Of a stretch of DNA of 64,000 nucleotides, positions 27,461 to 40,500 are shown piece by piece (position 1 is the first letter of the stretch; every line of letters begins with the position of its first letter). The stretch comes from Setoptus koraiensis (lineage: Eukaryota; Animalia; Arthropoda): the NCBI GenBank assembly GCA_048013815.1, contig CM106586.1, positions 16,368,001 to 16,432,000 of the forward strand. Direction: 5' to 3'. Both the position numbers and the translations under genes were made by a program. Under the pieces are notes generated by a model, which was given only the letters and a program-made list of their open reading frames with translations, searched no databases and was not told the DNA's origin.

Positions 27461-27838
27461 TCAAAACGAAAACCGTTTTTTGTTTAAATACCATAACTGG
27501 CCAAAGGCTAGTCGTATTCGCGACCAACTCCTTTATGAACATATATCTTAGATGTGAATACGTCGGAAAGAAAAGAAAACAATACGTTTAAGTTATTGTA
27601 TTGGTTGTAAAAATAAAATTCACGTCGTTGATTGATTCTGTAAAGCATAAATAAAAAAAAAGCTCACGCATGCCGGTCATACTGAAGGTACCGACATGGC
27701 GGCAACAATTGAGAACGATTTATGAGAGAGGGAGGAATTTTAATCTGACCAGTGGTGAAACGTTTATATTTGCTCAAAAGCTAGAGATGTTGCTCTTTAT
27801 TGGGTGAAATTCAATTCACAATTCGTAAGGCGAGCATG

Positions 27839-29038
27839 TCATTTTGCTCTGGCGAAACCCATTCGCTTGTTGCCGTAATCGAAAATACTATAGTAGGGTC
27901 TTATGAAAGTGTCGCCGAGGATCCACATTTGTGGGAACGAAAATATTCCCAAAAAACTTGATGTGCACGCCGGATTGCCTTTGGCATCAACATTACTGTC
28001 GCTGACCGACACATACTGTTCTGGTGTCAAATTGAATTGAACACCACCCATGCTTAGTACAACGTCGGGCAGATTTTCTGTGGCACAATCAGGTATATAC
28101 CACAATCCGTCTGTTGTGTTCCATTTGGCCCCAATTACCTCGTTCAAATGTTTCATTTCATCCAGACCACCTAAAATGAGCGCAGTGCCCGTGTCAACGA
28201 TAACGTCAAAGCTGCGAGCCACAATGGGTTCGTCTTCTTTTCCTTCGACAAATAACGAATCTACTTGTATTGTCCAAAAGCCAGTGCTTTGAATGCTTAA
28301 GGGCACATAATAGATTGGCTCAATGTAGTGATTTTCGTCTACGCCGCCAAAAATAAGCTCTCCACTTGGCGAAGCCTTTTGATCTTTGTTGAGGTAGAAT
28401 GAGAAAATGGGTTTCTCAAGCAGCCCTTTCTCGACCATATTTTCAAATGGTGTCTTTAGAACATCCGTCGTTTGTGGAAAGCCCAAACCGAACACTCCGT
28501 CGAACTGCTCCTTGAATATGTCACCTTCCTCATCAGTTGATTCGCCAAACTTTTGACCTTCGATAATGAGCCCACTAACATTCACTGAGTCCGAACTCAA
28601 AAATCCATTCATGGTCCCTGCCGCGTATCCAATCTCGATTGGGGTTCCATCTGCCTGATATGTTGAAGATTTAGATGAGTTGTACCTCTTGTGCGCCTTG
28701 CAAATTTCATTCTGGCATTTGGCCGACGGAATCCAGAGATCGGTGGAACCTGTGTCAAAGACAACAGTAAATGGTTGTGGTGGACTTCCTATGCCTATCA
28801 CGCCTCGATATTCTTCGCCCTGGTATCCGGATAATGGCTCCACGGGGTAAAATAATGGTGACAGGTGTCTTGTTGCTGATATTGCACTTCCTTGAGCACT
28901 TTTACTGATTGGCACTCTGTACGTTTTTCGACTAGCATTGCTTTCACCATAATGATCGTCTCTCTGTTTGACACTACCAGAATGAACTGCCACCACGGCA
29001 GTACAAACGGCTATAACCACAAGCAGCCTAGAGTACAT
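27839..29038 (-). CDS. Secreted A1 (pepsin/cathepsin D-like) aspartic protease, intronless
   Basis: Signal peptide; both catalytic motifs (FDTGS, VDTGT); flap Tyr (IGYAAG); WILGDTF. Confidence 0.95.
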   Translation of the reverse strand: MYSRLLVVIAVCTAVVAVHSGSVKQRDDHYGESNASRKTYRVPISKSAQGSAISATRHLSPLFYPVEPLSGYQGEEYRGVIGIGSPPQPFTVVFDTGSTDLWIPSAKCQNEICKAHKRYNSSKSSTYQADGTPIEIGYAAGTMNGFLSSDSVNVSGLIIEGQKFGESTDEEGDIFKEQFDGVFGLGFPQTTDVLKTPFENMVEKGLLEKPIFSFYLNKDQKASPSGELIFGGVDENHYIEPIYYVPLSIQSTGFWTIQVDSLFVEGKEDEPIVARSFDVIVDTGTALILGGLDEMKHLNEVIGAKWNTTDGLWYIPDCATENLPDVVLSMGGVQFNLTPEQYVSVSDSNVDAKGNPACTSSFLGIFSFPQMWILGDTFIRPYYSIFDYGNKRMGFARAK

Positions 29039-30466
29039 TTCGTCCGGATGAGTTGGGTATCAGATATTATCCTTCTATGATGTGGATGTATAATTTTTTG
29101 TGAGCTATCCAGAAACTACTGCAACCATGTTGGCGACATATCACCTGTCGCTTCTTTTATACTGTGTTGACAATCAGGAAAGCCATCGTGGTCGATAGTG
29201 CTCTCTCACGCATAGAGCATTGAGTCTACTATAGCGATAAATCCACATCGATCTGGGCAATCTTATCAAGATAAACTAACTTCATCAAGTCAAATATGAT
29301 GATTTGGATCCAAATGAGTGCTTACATCATTGCTTTTCTGGCTTCGTATCGACTGATTGAGAGAGGGTTTAGGTGATAGATACTGAAAACTTTGTGTCAC
29401 TATAATCATGACATCCCATACAAGTCCAGCTACTGTCTACTAACTCACTTGTTTTATTTGATGGACGAAACATTCGAACTCCATGAAATTAGATGACGCC
29501 AGTGCAGAATTAGCTCTGCTGATCACGCTTAATCCACATGGCTAGGTAACTTACAGACAGTAATGTTCTTTTCCATATAATGCTGGTCGCGATAATCGGC
29601 TTGTTTAACCCCAACGAATCCAGTGCGTGACAGCCTCACTTTTCAAATGATTTATTGAAATTAAGTAAGAAATTCAAAACATTACCAGCCATAATAACTA
29701 TCTCGTACGCGAACGAAAGAATAGACTGGCCCGCTTCTTCATACTATTGCCGTCAAGTTGCTCCAAATATACGATATCCTCAGAAGGGGCGCCTCGAAAA
29801 TTCGGGTTCCAGTTTGTCGTGAGAGCTCAATAAAACAATCATGATCGACAGGTTATTTGCTGTTGTTTTATCTCATTCATTTGGCTAGTGTTGCGACTGC
29901 TTTTGCTTTTCTTTGAACTGACGTTGTCATCGAAATGATTGGAACGCCAGCAAAAGCTATCGCTCAACCCAAGTACAACCCTGGTGCAACATAATATGTT
30001 GCGAGGATGCGACATACCAGACAATAACAGTCCCAAAATAGAGACACTCGCGTTGGCCTCCCCAATCAGGCAGTGATCAACGGCTTAGCATGGTGCTATC
30101 ACGTTCTCATCGGGTTGTGATTTTGTATTTATAGCGCCCAAGGGTTCAAAAATAGTTCATATGTGCTGGGTAACTCTGTTAGACGTGGAGTATGTCTGTC
30201 TCCATGCATGTCTGGACTCAGACATTGTATCAAACGCAAGGTCTGTGTGTAGTCAGTCGCCGTTTGGTATAACCTCTGTCTGACAGGCTTACTCATTGTC
30301 TTGAACTGCCCGATAAACGACAAGTTGGGAGCGTGATCCACTCACCTGAATTTCCAACTGATTGATCCGTTCTCTGAAAAATTTACAATAGTCAGTTTGA
30401 ATATTGTGTATTTTTGTGTGCGAGACAGCAATAAAGTAGAGGCTTAAAGGAACATTCACTCACACG

Positions 30467-31408
30467 ATGCTGTTTGCAAACTTTCGCACTTTGTTGCTAA
30501 TTTTCTGCCTAGTATGTTTTAGCGGATCGTTGTTTGTTAGCTGTTTCTATGGTGCTCTAAAATGCAAACTGAGCGAAGAAAATTGTCATCTAACCAAAGA
30601 TGAATGCAGAGAAACATTCAGAAGAATTGTGACCATTTCAGATTTTCAGTATTACACTGAAAATATTATACCAGAGCCAGATGATCCACCATTGAGCGAA
30701 GCAAAGTTGAAAATACTGAACAAATGTATGCATAGTTCGGAAGGCTTGGAAGATCTTAAAATCATCAAGAAAGTGATTGAACAACTACCAAAAACGCGTC
30801 ATGTTTGTGGAACGGAGTACGCCCATCAATTGTCGGAGTTCTACAAGCGAATCATAAACAATGTTGCCCATGGAAAAATACTTTTTGTCACTCACAAACA
30901 TGAACATGTACTGTCCAACTTTTTCAATTCATTTTCCAAGCACGTGTTGCAGATTTGTAACAGACTGCTAGAACAAAAGCTCGGCTCGGCCGAATCAAGA
31001 GATTCGGTGCTGGCCGACAGTCTCAACAGAATAATCGAGTTGGCAGTAAAAACGGAAATAGAAACGAAAGCGAAAAACGATATACAGTCCGGCACGGGTG
31101 GAAACTTCAGAAATCTTTTGGTCAAAGGCAAGCGCAAAATTTTACCCAAATTAAAGAAGATTAGATTTGGCAGAAGGAAAAACAAGATAATGTCAGAGGC
31201 TTTCGATCCGAAACGCGCTTGTGCTTTGATCAGCAACTACGCTCAAAACACTGCCCAAGCTGTTGCCAAGTCAGAATGGAGAGGTCACATAAGCGGCGTC
31301 ATGGAGCTCGGCGCAATCAACCCAAAATTTCACTCTCAATATACAGAGCCCGACATTCAGATTCAGAAATGGATCAAGGCCGAGCAATATTGTCGAGATA
31401 TCCGATAA
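30467..31408 (+). CDS. Orphan secreted protein (313 aa), unknown function
   Basis: Long non-repetitive ORF with a hydrophobic N-terminus (LLLIFCLVCFSGSLFVSC) and spaced cysteines; no family recognised. Confidence 0.7.
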   Translation: MLFANFRTLLLIFCLVCFSGSLFVSCFYGALKCKLSEENCHLTKDECRETFRRIVTISDFQYYTENIIPEPDDPPLSEAKLKILNKCMHSSEGLEDLKIIKKVIEQLPKTRHVCGTEYAHQLSEFYKRIINNVAHGKILFVTHKHEHVLSNFFNSFSKHVLQICNRLLEQKLGSAESRDSVLADSLNRIIELAVKTEIETKAKNDIQSGTGGNFRNLLVKGKRKILPKLKKIRFGRRKNKIMSEAFDPKRACALISNYAQNTAQAVAKSEWRGHISGVMELGAINPKFHSQYTEPDIQIQKWIKAEQYCRDIR

Positions 31409-31574
31409 ACCAGTGTGTGTGTGTAAAATAAAAATTAAACTTTTGAAAAATAAGATGCGCTTGTTTCAGTAATCATCTGTTGACACTGTCAAATTTCAAT
31501 GTAGCAATTGTGTTTATTCACTCGAACGAATCAGTTAAGCTTCTCTGAAGTGACGGAAGTTGTCCGAGCTCGGC

Positions 31575-33679
31575 TCAGCCGCGCCTGTAGCCAGATAGAA
31601 GGAGACATATAGAGCACAACCATGTCATAGACTGCGACAAGAAGAGGGACAAATTGAAAAAAGTTACTAATTAGGGATTTGTGACAAGATCACTCGTGGT
31701 GATTTTTCATAGAAGGCCAAGCTTACTTCGATATAGGTAGACCAAGATACGTTGAAGATGTGAAAGGCAGTGTAGCTACACCTGACCGGATGGGTGAACC
31801 AGAAATCTGCTATCGCTTCCCAGATTTTCGCGCTTTTTCCAATAGCAGCTTGGTAACAGATTGTATTCCAAACTAGATAGTTCAGTTTGCCTGACTTTAA
31901 CAGAGATGATGGACAACAATTTACAGGTTAGAATCGGGCATGAGGGAATTGTGTGATGAAGGGTGAGCATACAGTTTTACCTACGATTGCATTCAGAATT
32001 GCGCTACCAGTACAAATGAGAGTCATTACAACGAATGCAATGAACACGCAAAATAGCGCCATGATATTCTTGGGTTTATTCGATGGGGACAATTCGTCTT
32101 TCGTTATCAATATGCTATAACAGAAGGCTAGAATAGACGATCCATTGATGATAGACATGAAGTTGTCGTTGTTCCTAATTTCAGAGAGAAATTCAACTAA
32201 TTCATTTTGCAACGATAGAGTATCAGAAAATAATCGTCCAAGTATGATTGTCCGTTCGCCAACTGTGTAATAAGGATGAGCGCTAGAAATCAATTTGTTC
32301 ACGTAGGAATGATTGTCTGTATCGAAGCCAAAATCTGTTGACTCTCTTGCTTGTTTGGAAATTTCTCGAAGAAGATAATGTTCACTTTCGAGCTTGATTT
32401 GAGGGTTCTCTCTGTCTGATTCGGTCACTTGTTTCATCAAATTACTATAGCCATAGCCGCGCCAAGCAACGAACGATAACTTAGGCCTATCTTGGTTATT
32501 GATCAGTTGATAGCTATCTAGATGACATAAATAATAAGCCGTCTTAGATCTGAGGCTCAATTCTCTCAGTTTCTCTCTCATGCTCTGATACCACACAGCA
32601 ACGTCGTGATGTACCACCAAACCTATCACCCACAGTCCCGTAATGGACAGAGTGAAATCGATTTCTGTGATACATATCTCTATTAAATTAATTATTTTCA
32701 CTGGCAAACTCACAGGATTTTCACATTTTGAATCGAATAATGAATCGAGAAAATTGTTGAGACCGAACAAAGTGATAATGTCTTTAAATTTGCTTATGAA
32801 TAGAGGTGTTATCGTTATGAAGCAGAACATATTCACCATACCGAGGCTCAGGCAGTATGTACATAGAAATATAGTATAATACTTGAGTGCCCTGCTGTAG
32901 TTGACCCATTTGTCTATCGTCCTAGAATTTTGCGATTGATCAACCACAACCAAATTATCCATAATTTCCCTTCTTGACAATTTCTTTTGTCCACTCTGTG
33001 ATATTCTTGATTTACAGCCTAATGTCGCCTGAAACCATTCTCTTCCGTTGAATTGACCTTCCTTTTCATTTGGCATATCTATCTGAGCGGCATTATTACA
33101 GAAATAACAGTTACTCGTTTTGATAAAAGTTGTATACTTTTTCGTTCCGCCCGGTTTATTTTTGGAGCAAGTGCATTCATAATTACTGATGAATATATTG
33201 CGGTCATTGTTTAGCAAAAAATTGAGCACCTTAGGAATTTGATTTTTCCCCGATATGCCCGCATATATGATTGTCAAGCGAACAAATAACAAGAGAAAGT
33301 TACTCAATGCCCCTATTTGGTAAAAAATCTTCCTTTGTGGCCCGAAATATGTCAGTGAATCGCCCAAATAATAGGCCAATTTCTTGTATCGACAATCTTC
33401 CGCAACTGTCAGAGATATCAGGAAATACTTCAACAGTATGTAGGTTGTAATTAGTAGCCACACATATTGATATCTCTTTAAAAGTTTTCTTCTATTGTAT
33501 ACTCCAACACTACTTGAAGGTACATTTGAGAGGTCAAGGAATAGAATTGTGCAAAAAATCATTAGTATTCTTCTGTTTGATCTTGATAGACTGTCAAGCT
33601 CTTGTGCTGTTTGCTGAGCTTCTGTACTAGCCTGTTTAGTACAATCATAGTTGCCACTTCTTTGGGAGCTTCGAAACAT
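31575..33679 (-). CDS. Gustatory-receptor-like 7TM protein (~639 aa); exons 33679-31985, 31894-31727, 31631-31575
   Basis: Multi-TM profile. Phase-0 introns in the same layout as the first GR. Penultimate exon ends YTAFHIFNVSWSTYIE and last exon is SMTWLCSICLLLSGYRRG*, a GR TM7-like region. Confidence 0.72.
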
Positions 33680-34044
33680 GTTGGTTTTTTCGATGTCATC
33701 AATTAAAATAGAAACGTAACTATTGATTCAATTTCGAGTACGTAGAAATTGAAACTAATTATTTGGATCATTGGTCCACATAAATAGTTCATTTGTATAC
33801 CACAGTGCCTCAACTAACAGCAATGGAACGTGTCTGTCCAATTGTATATTATTCGTATACACATTTGCACTACCAATGGGACGTTTTTGTTTTTCGAAAT
33901 GCCTCACGCGATTATGTAACTTTAAGGACGATAAAGTTCGCATGAGTAACCTCTAATAAAGATATTGTGAAAGCAAGTAACACCACCGAAATCCTTGGTT
34001 AGACTGCACGGGCACTGACACGAAATCCATGACAATCATCAATT

Positions 34045-34047
34045 AGA

Positions 34048-34088
<41 letters not shown>
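34045..34088. repeat. (GA)n microsatellite
   Basis: Read directly from the sequence. Confidence 0.95.
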
Positions 34089-34090
<2 letters not shown>

Positions 34091-34529
34091 CCGAATATTC
34101 CCATGATTCTACGGTGCTCGGGACAAAATTTAGAATCTGCGTTCAGATAGAATGGTAAGAATATATGGTGAAATGTGCTCACTATAAAAAAAAATAAATA
34201 AAAAGATAAATGTACTACTACGATGACGCAGTTTCGGTGGCTCTCTTTTTTAACGCGGTTGCAGAATGAACACAACCTGATAACCTGTCGACTAGGTGAG
34301 AAAGCTTTTTGGGTCCAACATTGTAATAAAGAGCAACAATATTTTATTTTGATTGCGTTTGTAATAATAAGATTTAAATTTAAACTTTCAATTTACACTT
34401 TAAGTACAGTCCTATTTACATTCACATATTTTGATTGGCTTAAGTAATTTAGAGAAAAAATTAATAAAAAGGACTCTATTCATTATTTAAATATCTATTA
34501 CTATAGTTGATTTAGTTTGTGTGGGCTTT

Positions 34530-37500
34530 CTAATCTTCGTCCGTCTCTGGAGGACCATAAAGATAAGCTAGTTTTTGAAATCTTGGTCCCCATCTGTTGA
34601 GATAGTCAAAGTTTTGATCTTGCTCGCCTTCGCCAATTGATGCTAATGAGCTTAATGATCCGGCAGTGCTACCGCAACCCTCGTAAGCGTAATTTCTGAG
34701 ATCATCCGAGGGCTGAGATGTTGGATCAAGGTCATCATCGGCATTTATCGCTCTGACTTTAGGATCCATGAGATCAGCTGTTGGGTGGTATTCTTGGGGG
34801 TATCTTGGTCGCATGTCTTTAAGGATACCTGGTTTATTGAATAGTACTTGTTTGCCGCCAGTGGATATTGGCGTTCCGCTGGCATCGACGGGAATTCTTA
34901 GTGGAGTTATGTCATAGGCATGCATGTCGTCTTCTCCTCCACCCTCATCGTCATAGCTAATAATATTCTCGCGAACATCATCGTCGGCGTCGCTTGGCCC
35001 AAACTTTTGATCCAAACGATTACTCCTAGATAAAGTGAATAAAGCTACGAACAGGACTAAATTTTTAAGGGAAAAAGTTTTTGAATTGATTAGTGGTTGT
35101 TGAATAGTGATATAAAAAAGAACTCAATGGTACACACATAGCAACTATAGTACCATCGAGAATTTTAAAACAAGTTTAAAATGAATTGATTTGTTATTAA
35201 TATCTTACGGCTTATTAGTATGCAAATGAGAATCGCCATAATAGCGTTGCCACTTAACGTCAAATTATTTGGCAAAGAACTAAGTATTACTTGAACATCA
35301 CATGTGCAATTGGAACATATTCTATTTTCGGGGGAGGGACAATCACAATAAAAGCCGCCACCATAATCAATATTATGGCAAACACCACCATTACCGCATG
35401 ATTTATCGGTACATTCGTTGTGATCGATACATAGAGGTGCAATATACTCCGGGGCTCTTTTGAGTCCAGGCGGACATCTGGTGATTAGGAGATTTAGGGT
35501 AGTGTGAAATCATAATGTTCAGAAACATGCGTGATTATGCAATATTTGTTAGAGAATAAAATAAATTTGTGAGTAATAAGTAAACGAGGTTAAAAACATA
35601 ATTTTGTGCAAACTTATCAATAACCGATAATACTGGGCTGGGAGTTTAAAGTTTTGAGGTCAGTTAAAGCCAGGGAAGATTTAGTTTTGAAAGAAAGTAC
35701 AGTAAAGATGCAAAGAGAGAACCGCAAATGTCTACTTACTTATAACATTCACTAGAATAACTGCTATGATACCTTGAGCCATCGAACCCATAGAGAGACT
35801 CTTTTCTTGTCTAAGCGCATTACACAAATCTCCAACATATTCCACTGGACACTCACAGTAGAATCCTCGACCATCTTCGAGATTTAAGCATTGCCCCCCA
35901 TTACTGCAGGGATCATTCAGACATTCGTTATCATCTGTACAATTACCATCATCTGTCGGTATCCAACCAGTAGGACACCTTTAGTATAGTACAAATGTTA
36001 TTATAGTAGTGTATGCGAGTAGAGGTGAAATCATGAACAGATAGCGAAAGATATTTAGATGAAGGTAGAGAATGAGAGGGAGAGAGAGAGGATAGTTGTA
36101 GCGAGATAGAAAATAGAAAGATGAACACAGCAGACCCAGCCCGGCAATATTATAAAAGTCATACTTACAGGCACTCAAATTGATTCCAAGTATCAACACA
36201 CACCAACGGTGAAGGACAAGCTGAGCTTTTTGGGTTACAGGAATTGAGTGGATGACAACCGTCTTCTAGATTTCTATATTCAGTGACAGCCGCATTTTCC
36301 GAGCCATTCTCAAGAGGAAGATGCCTTTGGTCTATCCTTATGTCGGATATACAACCTGAATAGCGAGAAAAACCAAGAACTTATCAGTGAAATTCTTCAT
36401 CGTCTGATCTTCTTGTAACGTTCAGTAAACTCGGCAATACTTACTTTCATGAAGTCCATTCTCAACATAATAGGTAGTTGGTCCAATGTAAGAAATATCA
36501 CCTCCTACCGATATACCTTGCTTGTTAACAATAAACAACTGATGGTAGCCTTCGAATTGTGTTGTTTCGTTGTATCTCTTTCCACCACCTCCGTCTAGCA
36601 TTAAGGACGCAGTGCTTCCGAATCTACTTGCTCTGACGGTATGCCACTGACCATCACTGACAATGATATCTTGTAGAGTGAGCTCAATGTCATTGTTAGT
36701 CCTTGTTCGACTATCTAGCTGCATCCTAAAACGAATGCGCCTATCTTTGATTTCGATAATTAAATGTTGATGAGTGCTCTTGCCGGGTATTCTAATCAAC
36801 TCTCCAAGCTTCTGACGTGTTCTAAAGTTCATCTGAATATCAGTTTTGTAAACGTTGGGATCGAATGATAAAGCATAACGCATGTAGCTATTCGATTGAA
36901 ACATCTTAACTGGTGCAGGAGTATCACATCTGGCGCCAGTGTAACCAGGTTTGCATAAGCATGAAGCTGATCGATAATTCGCCTCACACTGACCGTGCTC
37001 GCATTGTTTTGCTACAGCGTCTGCTTGACAACGCTCTAGAGATATTTGGCAAGGTGCTGTGCTCTCGAGAGATCCTCCGGCGGATCCGAGGTCGTACATC
37101 TTAGAGTTATGGATGAGATTTCTGATGCACCCTTTAAAGTGTTCTCGAGTGTGACGATCAACTCGTTTCCAACTGGGAAATGAATCTGCGATACTATCAT
37201 TGTGATATATTCCACCGAGCTGCAACGGCGCATTCAGATTTAAGAATTGATTGTATGGTTCGATTTGAGCTGTTCCTTCGCAATTAGAACGATCCATCCT
37301 GAAGGTGTCATCAGGACTGAAAGAAGCGGTTTCACAATGATCAATGACCATACGGGCTTCCTCTCTAGACCAAAATATGTCAATATGATGCCATTCTCCA
37401 TCATTGATCTCTCGCGCAGCCTCTATATATATTTGAGATGTTCCTGAGCCAAAATCTATTATGAGTTTTGGTTTACCTTGAAACAGTTCTAGAGATATAA

Positions 37501-40500
37501 AATCTTCGACTATCTGAGTGCCCATTAGAGGAGCTGCTATGGGACCGTTATAAAGTATCAAACCATTTGGAGTCTCTGTCATGAATTCCACACTTAAATG
37601 AGAATCTTCACATTGTTCTAGGGGAGGAAACCAGGCCCAACTGCCATCACCAGAGAACGTTCTAGATGTGACTTGACATTGAGGTCCATCAAAACCATCG
37701 GGACATAAACAGGTTGCGATTCGACCTTGCATCACACATCGTCCACCGTTTTGACATATCGAGGGGTAAGCTCTACATCCGATATCTGGATCAACCTCGT
37801 CATAGCTTTTGGCCTTACATCCACACTCAGCCACAATTTTTGAATGAACTCCGACAAAAGATGTTCGGTTAGCATTAACCACATAAGGGTATGGTGCTAT
37901 TTTCAATGTGTTGTAGCAACTTCCATCACACTTGTCATTAGCTTCTATTAGGCATTCGTCTATGTTGACCATGGTGATATTGATTCCTAACTCTTGGGAA
38001 ATTGCGTGAATATTGAGACCTACGTAACCATCTAAGAATGTTGATTTATGGTATGGTGAACCATGTGCTGCGAACCTGACATCCGTTTCCGGTCCAACAC
38101 CCTTCCGGTAAGTTGTCATTACACTAAATATGTCAATATTATCCGTTGACTCTTTCAGAATCTTAGAAAGGGTCTCTCGCAGTTGGTCATACTTGCTTTG
38201 GACTTGTCGTTGAGATTTCCAGTCCCAGACTCTGATAAAATCTTCATCAGTGATACCTGATATTCTGATAGATCCGGAATTATGCACTGCCTCTTCGGGA
38301 AGATTTCGTACGATTACAGTCACATTTGCGGGTACGTCAAGGGTGTGCATCTTGTCTACTACATGAAATCGTAATAAAAATACACCCTCAGTGACATTCT
38401 TCATGATGATGGTACCATTGTTATGCGATAAATCAAAGTTAGGATGTCCTGTATTCTGCCATCGAAACGATTTGTCTGGTAGATCCCAATCGTCAGCGTC
38501 CTCGACATGAACACGACCGATCGGAATATTCCTGTAGTTGGCTCCTTGATAGTTATAGACAAATATAGTTTTACTTCCGGGGTGCATTTTGTTATCGTTG
38601 ATATCTCCGATGACAACTGTAAGAGTGCTAGTTCCCGTCAGCGCACCAGGATCCCGACCAAAATCTTTGACGACGATAGGTATATGATACTCTTTTTGAA
38701 CCTCACGGTCGAAACTCACTTTAGATATTACTGTAGCTGTTCCTTCGGCACCATGACTATTATCATGGTATACTTCAAAGCTAGATTTGATTATATCTGG
38801 TGCAGTTGGATCTAATGAGTAGTGAAAGGGTGGCCCGTTACCAGCTGCTCTATCGTCAGGATCAGTGGCCAGTATACCTTCTAAACGCTGACCGGGTGGT
38901 GAATGTTCCTTGATGACCATCCTATCATCTTTCGATAGTCGAGGTGCATTATCATTGATGTCAGTAACAATGACTGTGAGCGAGGCAGTTGCTGTTTTAG
39001 ATGGAACACCATCATCTATTGCGAATACTTTCACATTGTGTCTACTAAAGGTCTCACGATCAAGCATCCTTTGGATCTTTACGTATCCTCGAAGTTGGTC
39101 GATGGAGAAATGTTTCTCCCTGTCTGACGAGCGATCAATTGCATATCTTACTTTAGATAGTCCTACTTGGTCGGGATCTCTGGCTGTAAAATTTGCCAAC
39201 AATGTCCCTGGTGGGGCGGATTCAGGTACGGATACTTCTATGGCGGGTTGATCAAATACCGGCTTATTGTCATTGATATCTCTCAATTTGACTCGTACTC
39301 TGGCTTGATCGATATGGTTGTTATCTCCAGGTTCACCACCGTGATCATTCACTTCGATTGTCAAGTTGAAACCATACCGCTGATTCGGATCTTCGAAATC
39401 GAGGGGCTTGGCAACCTTTAAAGAACCAGTTCCATCAGTATTAGTAACCATCGTGAATTTATCATGACCACTATCTTTATCGAGAATCCTGTAGGTGAAC
39501 CTGTTAGTCTCCAGAAGATCTCCATCGTTAACGGTGACAACAAGAATAGGTAGTGTTGGCAAATCATCTCCGTCGGTTTCGTCAACCTCCACGCTGAATT
39601 CTTTCTTTGCAAAACTTGGTGGCATGTCATTGATATCCCTGACCTTGATTATAGCTTGCACACTTCCAGCTTGATTCCCTCCATCAGTCGCCGTCACCTT
39701 GATGGAATACTCTGGGTTTGTTTCTCGATCTAGACAACATACAGCCGTTTGTATAACACCAGTATCCTCATCAATCTTAAATATAAGCTCATTATTTTCA
39801 TTAACTTGATTTTGTTCAATAGCATATCTTAGTTTGGCATTTGTGCCTTCATTCGGATCATCGTAATCTATCGCTGACATAGTCATTACTGTTTGGCCTG
39901 CAGTTGCATTCTCAGTGACATTGCCATAATATACGGCGTTCTGAAAAAAAGGTGTATTGTCGTTGATATCCTTGAGGTTGACTAGAACATCCGCATAACC
40001 AACCAAGCCATTTTTACCACCCTCATCCTCAGCATATACCGTGAATCTCCATTGAGGCCTGCCTTGAGGTGCGTCCCTATCTAAAGGCTTCTCTACATAT
40101 ATCTCTCCTGTGGATGAGTTGATAGAGAAGTATTTAGATCCTTTATCTTTCTCTGGCCCTGATTTTGAGTCCTGGTCAGTTCCGAGAAAATAGACAATAT
40201 TCTGTTCCCTATCTCTATCGCCATCAGTGGCAACAACCTAATGAATAAAGGTGATGAAAGTGTTAAGAATATCAGTATCGCCGGTTCTATGCTTGCTTAT
40301 AAATCTAGTATTTGGCATCTGGACTATTTAAAAGGTATCTGACCAAATAAATGTAAGTAAAACTTAAATATTTCGATCAATTAAAATGTATTTTTACCTT
40401 AAGAATTAAGAGGGGTGTTCGGTTTTGTTCTTGAATAGAAGTTACGTATGTCTGTTTCTCAAACTTAGGAGGCAAGTCGTTGACATCTTTGATGCTTATT

